Source of the DNA: Nitrosospira multiformis ATCC 25196
GTDB taxonomy: Bacteria > Pseudomonadota > Gammaproteobacteria > Burkholderiales > Nitrosomonadaceae
Assembly: GCF_000196355.1 (NCBI RefSeq)
Contig: NC_007614.1
Span: forward strand, 240,001 to 272,000
Reading direction: 5' to 3'
DNA length: 32,000 nt
Within the stretch, counting starts at the first letter, position 1. Every line of letters starts with the position of its first letter. The notes under the pieces are model-generated. The model had not been told where the DNA came from. It saw nothing but the letters and a program-made list of their open reading frames with translations, and ran no database searches. Below are positions 20,176 to 29,101 of this stretch, one piece after another. Made by a program: the position numbers and the translations under genes.

Positions 20176-21567
20176 ATGACACTTCAACAATTTTTACTCA
20201 TCCTTCGTGCCCGGTATAAGGTAGTCCTCTATATTTTATTGTTTACGGTAATCGCTACCCTTGTAGTCAGTTTGCTATTGCCTAAACAATATACCGCTGG
20301 TACAGCTGTAGTGGTTGACATTAAATCGCCCGATCCGGTAGCGGGGATGGTATTGCCCGGTTTGACGTCACCTACTTACATGGCTACCCAGGTCGACGTG
20401 ATCAATAGCGACCGTGTAGCAGAGCGTGTCGTAAAAATGCTGCGCCTGGATGAAAGCCCTGTCGTAAAGGAGCAGTGGGAGGAGGACGGAAGCAAGGGTG
20501 AGCTTACCACCTGGCTGGCCAACTTGCTGAAAAGAAAGCTTGATGTCAAACCTTCCCGGGAAAGCAACGTAATCTACATTGAGTATACCGGGAATGATCC
20601 CAATTTTGCCGCCGCTGTTGCAAACGCTTTCGCTCAAGCTTATATCGACGTGAATCTGGATTTGAAGGTCGCCCCTGCCCGCCAGTATGCCCACTGGTTC
20701 AAAGGACAAACTGCCGCTGCCAGGGATGAGCTAGAGCGAGCCAAAGCTGCACTTTCCGCGTATCAACAGGAAACCGGTCTCGTCGCTACCGAGGAACGTC
20801 TGGATTACGAAGTAGCCAAGCTCAATGAACTTTCAAGTCAACTTACTCTTATCCAAGCCCAGACATCGGACAGTAGCAGTAAACGGAAAGCCGCTGAAGA
20901 TCCGGACACTTTAGCTGAGGTCATACAGAGCCCGCTAATAAATAGCCTCAAATCGGATATTGCGCGCCTCGACGCAAAGCTTCAGGAAAGCAGCGCCTAT
21001 CTGGGACCAAATCATCCACAAACCAAACGCACTCAATCTGAACTCGCGTCTCTCAGAGGCAAGCTATCCGCTGAAACACGCAAGATTCATAGCAGTATCG
21101 GCACTTCATATGAAGTGGGGAAGCGAAAGGAGCAAGAGTTGCTCGAGGCGATGGAAAGGCAGAAGGGGCGCGTGTTGGAGCTTAACAGACAGCGTGATCA
21201 GATGAGTGTTCTTCAAGGGGATGTGGAAGCTGCGCAACGCAATTTCGAAGGCATAAGCCAGCGTAGTGCCCTCACCCGTCTGGAAAGCCTTTCCGTTCAG
21301 ACTAACATAACCCCGTTGAACCCTGCTTCAGTCCCGAGTGAGCCGTCAAGCCCTAAATTGCTGCTCAATACATTGATCTCCATCTTTCTAGGTACGCTGT
21401 TGGGTGTGAGCGCCGCTCTGGTTATGGAATTGATGAATCGACGCGTGCGTTCTGTAGAGGACATCGTGGAAGCCATAGAGATTCCGGTGCTGGCGGTAAT
21501 GTCCGGCCCGTCTCGCAACAAGCTTTCGAGTCGTCTTCCCAAATTACCCAACCCGGAAACCAGTTAA
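20176..21567 (+). CDS. epsF: Chain-length determinant protein (Wzz/PCP family), EpsF type
   Basis: N-terminal TM LLILRARYKVVLYILLFTVIATLVVSLLLPKQYTA, central coiled coil and C-terminal TM LLLNTLISIFLGTLLGVSAALVMELMNRRVRSVEDI. Confidence 0.92.
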   Translation: MTLQQFLLILRARYKVVLYILLFTVIATLVVSLLLPKQYTAGTAVVVDIKSPDPVAGMVLPGLTSPTYMATQVDVINSDRVAERVVKMLRLDESPVVKEQWEEDGSKGELTTWLANLLKRKLDVKPSRESNVIYIEYTGNDPNFAAAVANAFAQAYIDVNLDLKVAPARQYAHWFKGQTAAARDELERAKAALSAYQQETGLVATEERLDYEVAKLNELSSQLTLIQAQTSDSSSKRKAAEDPDTLAEVIQSPLINSLKSDIARLDAKLQESSAYLGPNHPQTKRTQSELASLRGKLSAETRKIHSSIGTSYEVGKRKEQELLEAMERQKGRVLELNRQRDQMSVLQGDVEAAQRNFEGISQRSALTRLESLSVQTNITPLNPASVPSEPSSPKLLLNTLISIFLGTLLGVSAALVMELMNRRVRSVEDIVEAIEIPVLAVMSGPSRNKLSSRLPKLPNPETS

Positions 21568-21587
21568 TACTCAAACGGAGCTACATC

Positions 21588-22517
21588 ATGAATCCCGTAA
21601 GCGCCAGTTTGCCTGCCATCAAGCGGAGTCAGAATTCCAATTCCCGCGAGTCGTTCTTTGCTGGCCGAACTCAAATCATTGGAAATAGCAGTTCGATCGG
21701 AGCTATTCTCGTCAATGCGGGAAGGCTATCCGAGGAGAATGTGACCCGCATACTGGAAGCGCAAGTACAGCAGCAAAACCACTTTGGTGAAGCGGCCATA
21801 TGCCTCGGCTTGCTCACGGAAGACGATGTGCGCTTTGCTCTTTCGCGCCAGTTTAACAATCTCTATCTGCCAGCAGGGGACAGCAGCCTCAGTCATCATT
21901 TAATTGCGGCTTACAAACCGTTCAGTCCTGTCGTCGAACACCTGCGAAGCCTACGCAGCCAGCTCATGCTGCGCTGGTTCGAGCCGGATACTGACCGGAA
22001 CGTGCTTGCCATTGTCAGCCCAGGGCTGGGAGAAGGTCGAAGCTTCATAGCTGCCAATCTTGCCATCGTTTTTTCGCAGCTTGGCAAAAGTACATTGCTC
22101 ATCGATGCAAATCTTCGGGCGCCCCGGCAGCAGGAATTCTTTAAAGTGAATACAGGTGGGGGCTTATCCAGCTACCTTGCAGGCCGTGCTGGTTTGGAGA
22201 GCATTGTCAGAATTCCTTCATTGCTTGGACTTTCTGTCCTGCCCGCGGGTGCAGTACCGCCAAATCCGCAAGAACTTATCGGTCGACCCGTTTTCGCGGA
22301 TTTGCTGCAATCGGTTGGCTGCGAGTTTGATGTCGTTATCGTGGATACCCCCTCAGCAAGCGAATACGGGGAAGCGCAAATCATCGCAACCGAGGCCTCT
22401 GCTGCCTTGATTGTCCTTCGAAAGAATCATACCTCTCTATCACGCACCGTGGATCTTGCGCGACGTTTCCAGCAGACGGGCGCTGCGGTAGTAGGTTCTG
22501 TGCTGAATGATTTTTGA
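21588..22517 (+). CDS. epsG: Chain-length determinant-associated tyrosine kinase-like ATPase, EpsG type
   Basis: LAIVSPGLGEGRSFIAANLAIVFSQLGKSTLLIDANLRAPRQQEFF (Walker A/A' region), FDVVIVDTPSASEYGEAQIIA. Confidence 0.85.
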   Translation: MNPVSASLPAIKRSQNSNSRESFFAGRTQIIGNSSSIGAILVNAGRLSEENVTRILEAQVQQQNHFGEAAICLGLLTEDDVRFALSRQFNNLYLPAGDSSLSHHLIAAYKPFSPVVEHLRSLRSQLMLRWFEPDTDRNVLAIVSPGLGEGRSFIAANLAIVFSQLGKSTLLIDANLRAPRQQEFFKVNTGGGLSSYLAGRAGLESIVRIPSLLGLSVLPAGAVPPNPQELIGRPVFADLLQSVGCEFDVVIVDTPSASEYGEAQIIATEASAALIVLRKNHTSLSRTVDLARRFQQTGAAVVGSVLNDF

Positions 22518-22693
22518 ACAATAAAGGCGGTATGGATTTAGGGTAATACCCCATGGATGGTTCGCGTGATCGAAATTCCACGAACATCAGGCGCTAAACG
22601 AAAGGGATGGCATATATCTTATATTTTCTTCATTTTCTTGATTCGCTTGGGAAAACAGAGAGGAGGGCTATTGGCCCAGTTGGGAAGGCCGTA

Positions 22694-23158
22694 TTAATTC
22701 CGGCGCCGCCACTCTGCCCGGAGCAGGGCAATACCGATAAGGCTACCTGTCACATCAGCGGCAAAATCATCCCACCCCGGCTTGCGGCCGGGCAGATACA
22801 TCTGGTGACATTCATCAAACAAGCCGATCAGCGTTGCCCCGAGAAATGCGAGGCCCACCCGTCGCCAGCCAGGGATGCCGCTTGCTGCCCCTCCTATAGC
22901 CCCAGTAAGCACGGCGAAAATAACAGCGTGGACCAGCTTATCCCAAGGACTGGGTACCAGGTTTACGGCAACAGGGTGCGCTCCACCGGCAAATAGACCC
23001 GTCAGAATTCCCAGCACGAGCAACATGGAGGCAGTGCGAAGGTAGCGAGATGACAGATATTGTGAAAACAAAATGATTATAAATTCCTCAATTATCTTCA
23101 ATAGAAAAAACCCGCCAGCGGAACCCCGCAATCTCATGCTCATCTGGCTACCTATCAT
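22694..23158 (-). CDS. VanZ-like family membrane protein
   Basis: WDKLVHAVIFAVLTG, RRVGLAFLGATLIGLFDECHQMYLPGRKPGWDDFAADVTGSLIGI. The start codon is uncertain (23158 to about 23029). Confidence 0.78.
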   Translation of the reverse strand: MIGSQMSMRLRGSAGGFFLLKIIEEFIIILFSQYLSSRYLRTASMLLVLGILTGLFAGGAHPVAVNLVPSPWDKLVHAVIFAVLTGAIGGAASGIPGWRRVGLAFLGATLIGLFDECHQMYLPGRKPGWDDFAADVTGSLIGIALLRAEWRRRN

Positions 23159-23987
23159 TGCCGGGTTAATCGTACTTTATTTACCAAGTCTGGTCGATCT
23201 TTTTCGCGGCGTCTGGTCCACAGATCAGCAAGCTCATGGTCCGATTGTGCTGAGTATCGCCTGTTGGCTTATCTACCGGAAGTGGCCGGAAATGTGGCAT
23301 CAGAGCGAGTCGGAGCCTTCAGCTCCGGCTGCAGGCTGGCCCATCTTTATTTTTGGCCTGATCCTCTATGTGATCGGGCGCTCCCAGGAAATCCTGCTGT
23401 TCGAAATCGGCTCGGTAATCTGGCTGCTTGCCGCCATTGTTTTGCTTATGCGCGGCTCCCGCGCGCTCAAGGTGCAATGGTTTCCGCTCTTTTTCATGTT
23501 GTTCATGATTCCTCTCCCCTCCGCCTTCGTCGATGCTCTGACAATGCCGATGAAAATGGCAGTTTCATATGTGGCGGAAACCATTCTTTTCTGGTTCAAC
23601 TACCCCATCGCGCGTACCGGAGTGATCCTGCAAATCGGGCAATACAAGCTGCTGGTAGCAGATGCGTGTGCAGGCCTTCATACTCTCTTTACGCTCGAGG
23701 CGCTCGGCCTGCTCTATCTTAATCTGGTTCGTCACGACTCGTTATTCAGAAACGTCGCATTGGCTATCTTCATTGTCCCGATATCCTTCACCGCCAACGT
23801 TATACGGGTAATGGTACTGACACTGATTACCTACCATTTCGGCGATGAGGCGGGGCAAGGCTTCCTGCACGGCTTCGCCGGCATGGTGCTGTTCCTCAGT
23901 GCCCTCCTGCTGATCATTGGGGTCGATTCACTATTACAAATGGCAGTCAGGTTGCGTGTTAGAAGCAACGCGCTTGGCGACGCATGA
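23073..23987 (+). CDS. xrtB: Exosortase B (XrtB)
   Basis: Multi-pass membrane protein with exosortase catalytic motifs: Cys in ADACAGLHTLFTLEALGLLYL, Arg in FTANVIRVMVLTLITY, His in QGFLHGFAGMVLF. The start could instead be ATG 23136. Confidence 0.93.
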   Translation: MIINSSIIFNRKNPPAEPRNLMLIWLPIIAGLIVLYLPSLVDLFRGVWSTDQQAHGPIVLSIACWLIYRKWPEMWHQSESEPSAPAAGWPIFIFGLILYVIGRSQEILLFEIGSVIWLLAAIVLLMRGSRALKVQWFPLFFMLFMIPLPSAFVDALTMPMKMAVSYVAETILFWFNYPIARTGVILQIGQYKLLVADACAGLHTLFTLEALGLLYLNLVRHDSLFRNVALAIFIVPISFTANVIRVMVLTLITYHFGDEAGQGFLHGFAGMVLFLSALLLIIGVDSLLQMAVRLRVRSNALGDA

Positions 23988-24667
23988 TGATGAATCCCTG
24001 GCTAAGAAACTGCTTACTTCTAGTACTCATGCTCGCTGCCTCAGGCCTCGCGCTTGCATTGAAGCCTACCCAAAAAATCGCCGACCAGGGTCCGGCAGTC
24101 GACCTCGAAAAAATAATACCGAAGGAATTCGGAGACTGGAGGGAAGAGCAGCACAACTTCATACAAATGGTCGATCCCCAGCAAAAGGAGCTGATCGAAC
24201 GTATCTACACCCAGACATTGAGCCGTACGTACGCGAATTCCAACGGCTATCGCATCATGCTGGCAATAGCCTATGGTGACGATCAAAGAGATTCCATGCA
24301 AACACACTATCCGGAGGTGTGTTATCCGGCACAAGGTTTTGAACTGATATCGAGAGAGAAAGGAAGCGTTGTCTCGCCAACGGGTTCGATTCCAGTTGTG
24401 CAGCTCGTAACCTCGCTGGAAAAACACAGGATTGAACCTGTCACGTATTGGGTAATGATAGGCGACATGCCAATAGTCCAGGGCTGGAAAAAGAAGCTGG
24501 CGGAGATGCAATATGGCTTGAGGGGGCTGATTCCCGATGGACTGCTTTTTCGGGTTTCATCCATTGATGAAGATAACCGGCACGCATTTGAAATGCACCA
24601 GGCATTCATAAACGATATCCTGGCCGCAATGCCGGTAATACAACGAAAGCGATTTTCAGGAACGTGA
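23984..24667 (+). CDS. epsI: EpsI family protein
   Basis: DWREEQHN..., DSMQTHYPEVCYPAQGFELISREKG, VTYWVMIGD; immediately downstream and translationally coupled to xrtB. Confidence 0.88.
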   Translation: MMMNPWLRNCLLLVLMLAASGLALALKPTQKIADQGPAVDLEKIIPKEFGDWREEQHNFIQMVDPQQKELIERIYTQTLSRTYANSNGYRIMLAIAYGDDQRDSMQTHYPEVCYPAQGFELISREKGSVVSPTGSIPVVQLVTSLEKHRIEPVTYWVMIGDMPIVQGWKKKLAEMQYGLRGLIPDGLLFRVSSIDEDNRHAFEMHQAFINDILAAMPVIQRKRFSGT

Positions 24668-24727
24668 TGACGCAGGGGTTAGCAGCTTTTTTCTGGTCAT
24701 CTTCCGGGGCTGTTTGAAACAGCGGAT

Positions 24728-26191
24728 ATGAGTTTAGCAGTCAAGAGCTTAAGCGCGGTCAAGAGTAGCTACGCCGGAACGATCATTCGGATCGGCGCGC
24801 AGTTTGGTGCTCAGATTTTAATCATGCGTCAACTCGATCCAGAATTAGTCGGCGCATTCGGATATGTGCTGTTGCTCCATGGTATCTTGGCCTTGATTAT
24901 CGACCAAGGTTATGGATGGTCTCTAATACAAGGACACTTTAACGACAAGCGCGAAATCGCCATTGTTTTTTCCAGAATCATGCTTTTATCATTTATTGGC
25001 ATGCTCTGTGTTTTCGCAATTTCTTACCCTGCCGCGGATTATCTGGAGAATGAGCTTGTCGGATCTATGTTCAGATATTCGGCCCCATCGTGTCTCTTCA
25101 TAGGATTCTTCAGTATCTCACAGGCTGCATTGAGAGCAGAGCTCAGGTTTCGGGAGATTCAAATAGCAACTACCGGCGCGTACCTGATCGCGTATCCCAT
25201 TGTAGGGGTCACGATGGCTCTAGGCGGGTTCGGGGTTTGGTCTCTGGTAGCTGCATGGTATGTACATTATATTCTCCAGGTTGTTATTGGTCACTATTAC
25301 AGCCCTCATTCTCTAAAGCTTGCAAATCCTTTCCTGCCAACCAAGAGTGGCCCGATGGGTCGTCAGGTGGCTGGAATCAATGTTTTGAACTGGGCTGTAG
25401 ACAATACCGGAGGCGTGTTCATCGGAGGCCTGGGCGCCTCCGCATTAGGGAATTTCAATGCCGCCATGATGCTGGCGCGCACTCCTGCACTTCATGCAGT
25501 CCAAACATTGCAATCGATCCTCTTTTCCACCGCTTCTGCAATCGGTGCTGATCAGCAACGAATAAAGCGCCTTTACCTAGCCGTGCTGGCGGCAGTCAGT
25601 TTTATCGTTTTTCCGACATATGGATACACCTTCACACATGCAGAGTTAGTGATCAAGATAGTGTTCGGGAGTAAATGGCTTGATGCCGCAGATATTTTTT
25701 CCGCTCTATCCATAGGAATGATTGCATTCTCGTTGAGTTTGCTTTCAGGGGCGATTCTTACCGCAACCGGGGATCAGAAAACGGTACTTTATTCACAGAT
25801 GGCTTGCTTGATGGTCATGATCTTCGGTTTGTCTCTCACCATAAATGTCAGTCTTGTCTATGTTGGACTTGCCATTACCGTGGCGTATACGGTCAGACTC
25901 TCTTTACAGTTGAAAGCAATCGCGGTGAGGGGCGGGATCACGCTGAAAGAATTCCTCGCGACACTAAGAGGGCCCTTTTTTGTCGCTATCATTATGGCTA
26001 TGCCGGTTACCTTATTCGGTGACTCTACGCTTGAGGTTATTCCAACTGAATTATTGGCGCTTGCCCTCAAAGGTCTCGTACTTTTGGTGCTGTTCAAGGT
26101 GTTTCCCAGTTTTTTCTTTAGTCTTGCCTCTATAGATCTGCTGAGCAGATTTCATGCAGGACGGCAAGTTGTCCATATGTTGGGTATCTGA
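24728..26191 (+). CDS. Oligosaccharide flippase family protein (Wzx-like)
   Basis: 487 aa polytopic membrane protein; GTIIRIGAQFGAQILIMRQLDPELVGAFGYVLLLHG is typical of polysaccharide exporters. Confidence 0.85.
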   Translation: MSLAVKSLSAVKSSYAGTIIRIGAQFGAQILIMRQLDPELVGAFGYVLLLHGILALIIDQGYGWSLIQGHFNDKREIAIVFSRIMLLSFIGMLCVFAISYPAADYLENELVGSMFRYSAPSCLFIGFFSISQAALRAELRFREIQIATTGAYLIAYPIVGVTMALGGFGVWSLVAAWYVHYILQVVIGHYYSPHSLKLANPFLPTKSGPMGRQVAGINVLNWAVDNTGGVFIGGLGASALGNFNAAMMLARTPALHAVQTLQSILFSTASAIGADQQRIKRLYLAVLAAVSFIVFPTYGYTFTHAELVIKIVFGSKWLDAADIFSALSIGMIAFSLSLLSGAILTATGDQKTVLYSQMACLMVMIFGLSLTINVSLVYVGLAITVAYTVRLSLQLKAIAVRGGITLKEFLATLRGPFFVAIIMAMPVTLFGDSTLEVIPTELLALALKGLVLLVLFKVFPSFFFSLASIDLLSRFHAGRQVVHMLGI

Positions 26192-26223
26192 AGCATGCGC
26201 CCCCGCCTACAAAATTTAACCGT

Positions 26224-27717
26224 TTGCGAGGCTTCCTCGTGCTGACAGTCATTATTCTTTCGATAGCTGTCTTTGTTTTTGCGCTTGGTTCAATCGTTGC
26301 AATGAGCGCTGTGGCAGGCGCAGCTTCCCGCTGGCCAGGTCAAATGTTCAGCTATCTGATGTGGATGATAGTGATGGCAGGTGTGGGCGGTATCCTCGTT
26401 TCAGGGCGTATTCTCAGAATAGACGAAGAAGCTTTGGTTATGGGAGCAGTGGGCGAAGCTGGGGGCACGATAATTGCCAAATTGCTCCTCTCCGCTGTAA
26501 TCGGGGTTTCCCTCGCTTTATGCGTGACATGGATATTGTTGTCGAGCAAAAGGAAGGCAGGGGGTAACCGTTTTGAACAAAGGAGACTGAATTCGCCAAA
26601 TGATATCGTGATTGCGTTTATGGTGTTCTATATCGCGTTCAGCATTCTGCCGCTCATCTTTGGAAAGAGCCATCAATTTCACGTATCACTGTTTTATCCA
26701 TTTTTCGTGTTTATCGCCTTATTTCTGTGGATGCGGTTGTCGAAGGTTGACCCGGTTATCGTGGCGAAGCAGTGCCTGGGATTTATTGTATTGACTAGTT
26801 TGGTCATGGCCGTGCTAATTCCCCAGCTGGCCGTTCAGCCCAGCTATGTAGGACTTATCCCCGGATTCAATTCGCGACTTTGGGGGTTAACGGCAGGAGC
26901 AAACTCTCTTGGATCAGTCGCTGGCACTCTTCTCGTGCTGGAGGCCGCCGAGCCATCCGCCAGGAGATGGCTCGGCAATGGAATTTTTTTCACTGCTGCC
27001 CTAGCCTTGGTTTTAACTCAATCCAAGACCTCCATTCTGGCAGCGTTCCTGGGGCTTTTGATCATTTTTGGATATCGACTGGTGACCGGGCTTCAAGGAA
27101 AAAGCTTGAACGGACGTAATGAAAATTTAATTTTAATTATTCTAATAGCGTTTTTTATTTTGTTTATCACGGCAGTCAGTGCGTGGGTGATGTTCTTTGA
27201 TACAAGCGTCTTTACTTCACTTGAACGCAGCCTGGATTCGCGAGCGGTTAGCAAATTGGCAACGGCAAGCGGACGAACCTGGATATGGGAAGTTGCTTTG
27301 CGAGGAGGAATGGAGAATCCTCTGTTCGGACAGGGTTTAGGCTTCTGGAGCTTGGAGAATCGGCTTCGGTGGGGGCTGGGGGGTGCCGTACATGCCCATA
27401 ATTTGTTTCTTGACGTGTTTGCCCGTTCTGGATTTGTGGGCTTGAGCACACTATTGGTTTTTCTCTATTTTGTTTTTCGCTACTCCGTACGCGCGACCCG
27501 GTACACGCATGGAGGCAGCATTGCGTTGGCAGTCATCTTTCTCGTTCGAGCGACGTTTGAAGTGCCACTTCAACCAAATGCCATTCTAGGAGCGGAATCC
27601 ATGGCAATGTTGGCTTTTTTCCTCTATGTAATCGATAGAGGAGCCAAACAGCGCGACAAAGCCAATGAGCCCGTCCAAGTGCGGGCACATTTTTTAAGAG
27701 CAGGAAACTTCCGATGA
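26224..27717 (+). CDS. O-antigen ligase / polymerase family membrane protein (Wzy/WaaL-like)
   Basis: 497 aa polytopic protein; GLTAGANSLGSVAGTLL, LTQSKTSILA, SGRTWIWEVALRGGMENPLFGQGLGFW, HAHNLFLDVFARSGFVGL. The start is uncertain (non-ATG at the listed coordinate). Confidence 0.88.
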   Translation: MRGFLVLTVIILSIAVFVFALGSIVAMSAVAGAASRWPGQMFSYLMWMIVMAGVGGILVSGRILRIDEEALVMGAVGEAGGTIIAKLLLSAVIGVSLALCVTWILLSSKRKAGGNRFEQRRLNSPNDIVIAFMVFYIAFSILPLIFGKSHQFHVSLFYPFFVFIALFLWMRLSKVDPVIVAKQCLGFIVLTSLVMAVLIPQLAVQPSYVGLIPGFNSRLWGLTAGANSLGSVAGTLLVLEAAEPSARRWLGNGIFFTAALALVLTQSKTSILAAFLGLLIIFGYRLVTGLQGKSLNGRNENLILIILIAFFILFITAVSAWVMFFDTSVFTSLERSLDSRAVSKLATASGRTWIWEVALRGGMENPLFGQGLGFWSLENRLRWGLGGAVHAHNLFLDVFARSGFVGLSTLLVFLYFVFRYSVRATRYTHGGSIALAVIFLVRATFEVPLQPNAILGAESMAMLAFFLYVIDRGAKQRDKANEPVQVRAHFLRAGNFR

Positions 27718-28838
27718 AGAAACCCCGCGTTGTCCTGGTTGCCTTGCACTTTGCCGAATATGCTTTGAATTTGGCGCTCGCAGTAGCTGAAAGTCGAGAG
27801 GTGCTCCTTGTTCTGTATCGTGGTAACGCTGATCGCGAACTCGGCCCAGATTGGCTTAAGGGTATCCGTCATCCGTCCTTGATGCTACTGATACTGGATA
27901 GGCCGCGCTCCCCTCTGATGATTCTTGGCAACGCAAGACGGCTTGTACGCGCAATCCAGCAATTCAAGCCTGATGTAATTCATTATCAGGAAGATCCTCG
28001 CGATGAAGTAATTCTAGGACTGTATTTCCTACGTTCGATACCCATAGTACTTACCGTACACGATCCCACCCCCCATTCAGGGACAGATTCCAATCGTTTG
28101 CGCTATTCGCGCTTTAGGTTATACCTGCCCCTGATGAGGCGAGCTGCGGATATCGCCATTACCCACGGTGGTTTGCTTGCTGACAATTTGATCAAAGCGT
28201 TTCCTCATTTCAAAGATAAAGTCCAACCCATTCCACACGGTCCGCTAGGGCTTTTCAGCGGTACCCAACCATCACATCCCAGCGGGTTCCGCTTGCTGTT
28301 TTTCGGACGTATCTTCGAATATAAGGGGCTCAGTTATTTTGTCGACTCAGTCATAATGCTTCGAGACAAAGGCTACCCGGTGATTGGGGTAGTTGCGGGC
28401 TTCGGTACGGATCTAGCGCGGCATAGACAACGCATGGAAGAAGCCGGTTGTTTTGAAATTTTGGATAGATATATTGCCGCGAAAGAAGTCCCCGATCTGT
28501 TTCTCGACTCTTTTGCGGTAGTCCTTCCCTATGTTGATGGCACCCAAAGCGGCGTCGCGGCCATGGCATTAGGCTTTGCTCGACCTGTAGTAGCCAGCGC
28601 TGTGGGATCCATACCTGAACTAGTCAGAAATGGGGAAAACGGATTGCTTGTCCCCCCGTCGGATTCAATCGCTCTGTCCGAGGCAATCGAAACCCTTCTT
28701 AATGATACTCAGCTCTGGGAGCAATTGACCGCAGGAGCTCAGAGGCTAAGAGATCAGGAACTTTCTTGGGAATCCATTGCTGACAAAACAATTCGTGTTT
28801 ATGAATTGGCTGGAAAAATGCGACTGGCCTCAACATAG
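27714..28838 (+). CDS. Glycosyltransferase family 4-like
   Basis: VLTVHDPTPHSG, HGPLGLFSG, RLLFFGRIFEYKGLSYFVDS, VLPYVDGTQSGVAAMALGFARPVVASAVGSIPELVRNGENGLLVPPSD; overlaps the previous stop (ATGA). Confidence 0.9.
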   Translation: MKKPRVVLVALHFAEYALNLALAVAESREVLLVLYRGNADRELGPDWLKGIRHPSLMLLILDRPRSPLMILGNARRLVRAIQQFKPDVIHYQEDPRDEVILGLYFLRSIPIVLTVHDPTPHSGTDSNRLRYSRFRLYLPLMRRAADIAITHGGLLADNLIKAFPHFKDKVQPIPHGPLGLFSGTQPSHPSGFRLLFFGRIFEYKGLSYFVDSVIMLRDKGYPVIGVVAGFGTDLARHRQRMEEAGCFEILDRYIAAKEVPDLFLDSFAVVLPYVDGTQSGVAAMALGFARPVVASAVGSIPELVRNGENGLLVPPSDSIALSEAIETLLNDTQLWEQLTAGAQRLRDQELSWESIADKTIRVYELAGKMRLAST

Positions 28839-29101
28839 TCTACACTGGAATTAGGCTATGCTAAGGGTTAAAGTAGTGAGACATGGTGATGCAGTGATGT
28901 CGGGCCGAGCATAAATTGCTGGCAGTGAAATATGTAGGAAACAATGGTTTGAGCGTCGAGATTGCAATCAGCAGATGGAGTATAAAACCGCGCGCAATGT
29001 TTGTGCTTTCGGTATCCACGCCTGTGTTGCGGACGGGATTCATCACGGAAACGAAGAATACCTTCGTCACTCACTATCAAATAATTTAATGGCTATCCAT
29101 T

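Noticed and set aside
22694-23158. Glycopeptide (teicoplanin) resistance gene vanZ
   Set aside because: Only the broad VanZ-like membrane family is supported. No other van genes are present and the context is EPS biosynthesis.
24712-24726. Short palindrome GCTGTTTGAAACAGC before the flippase start
   Set aside because: The loop is only a few nt and there is no T-tract; too short to claim an operator or terminator without comparison.
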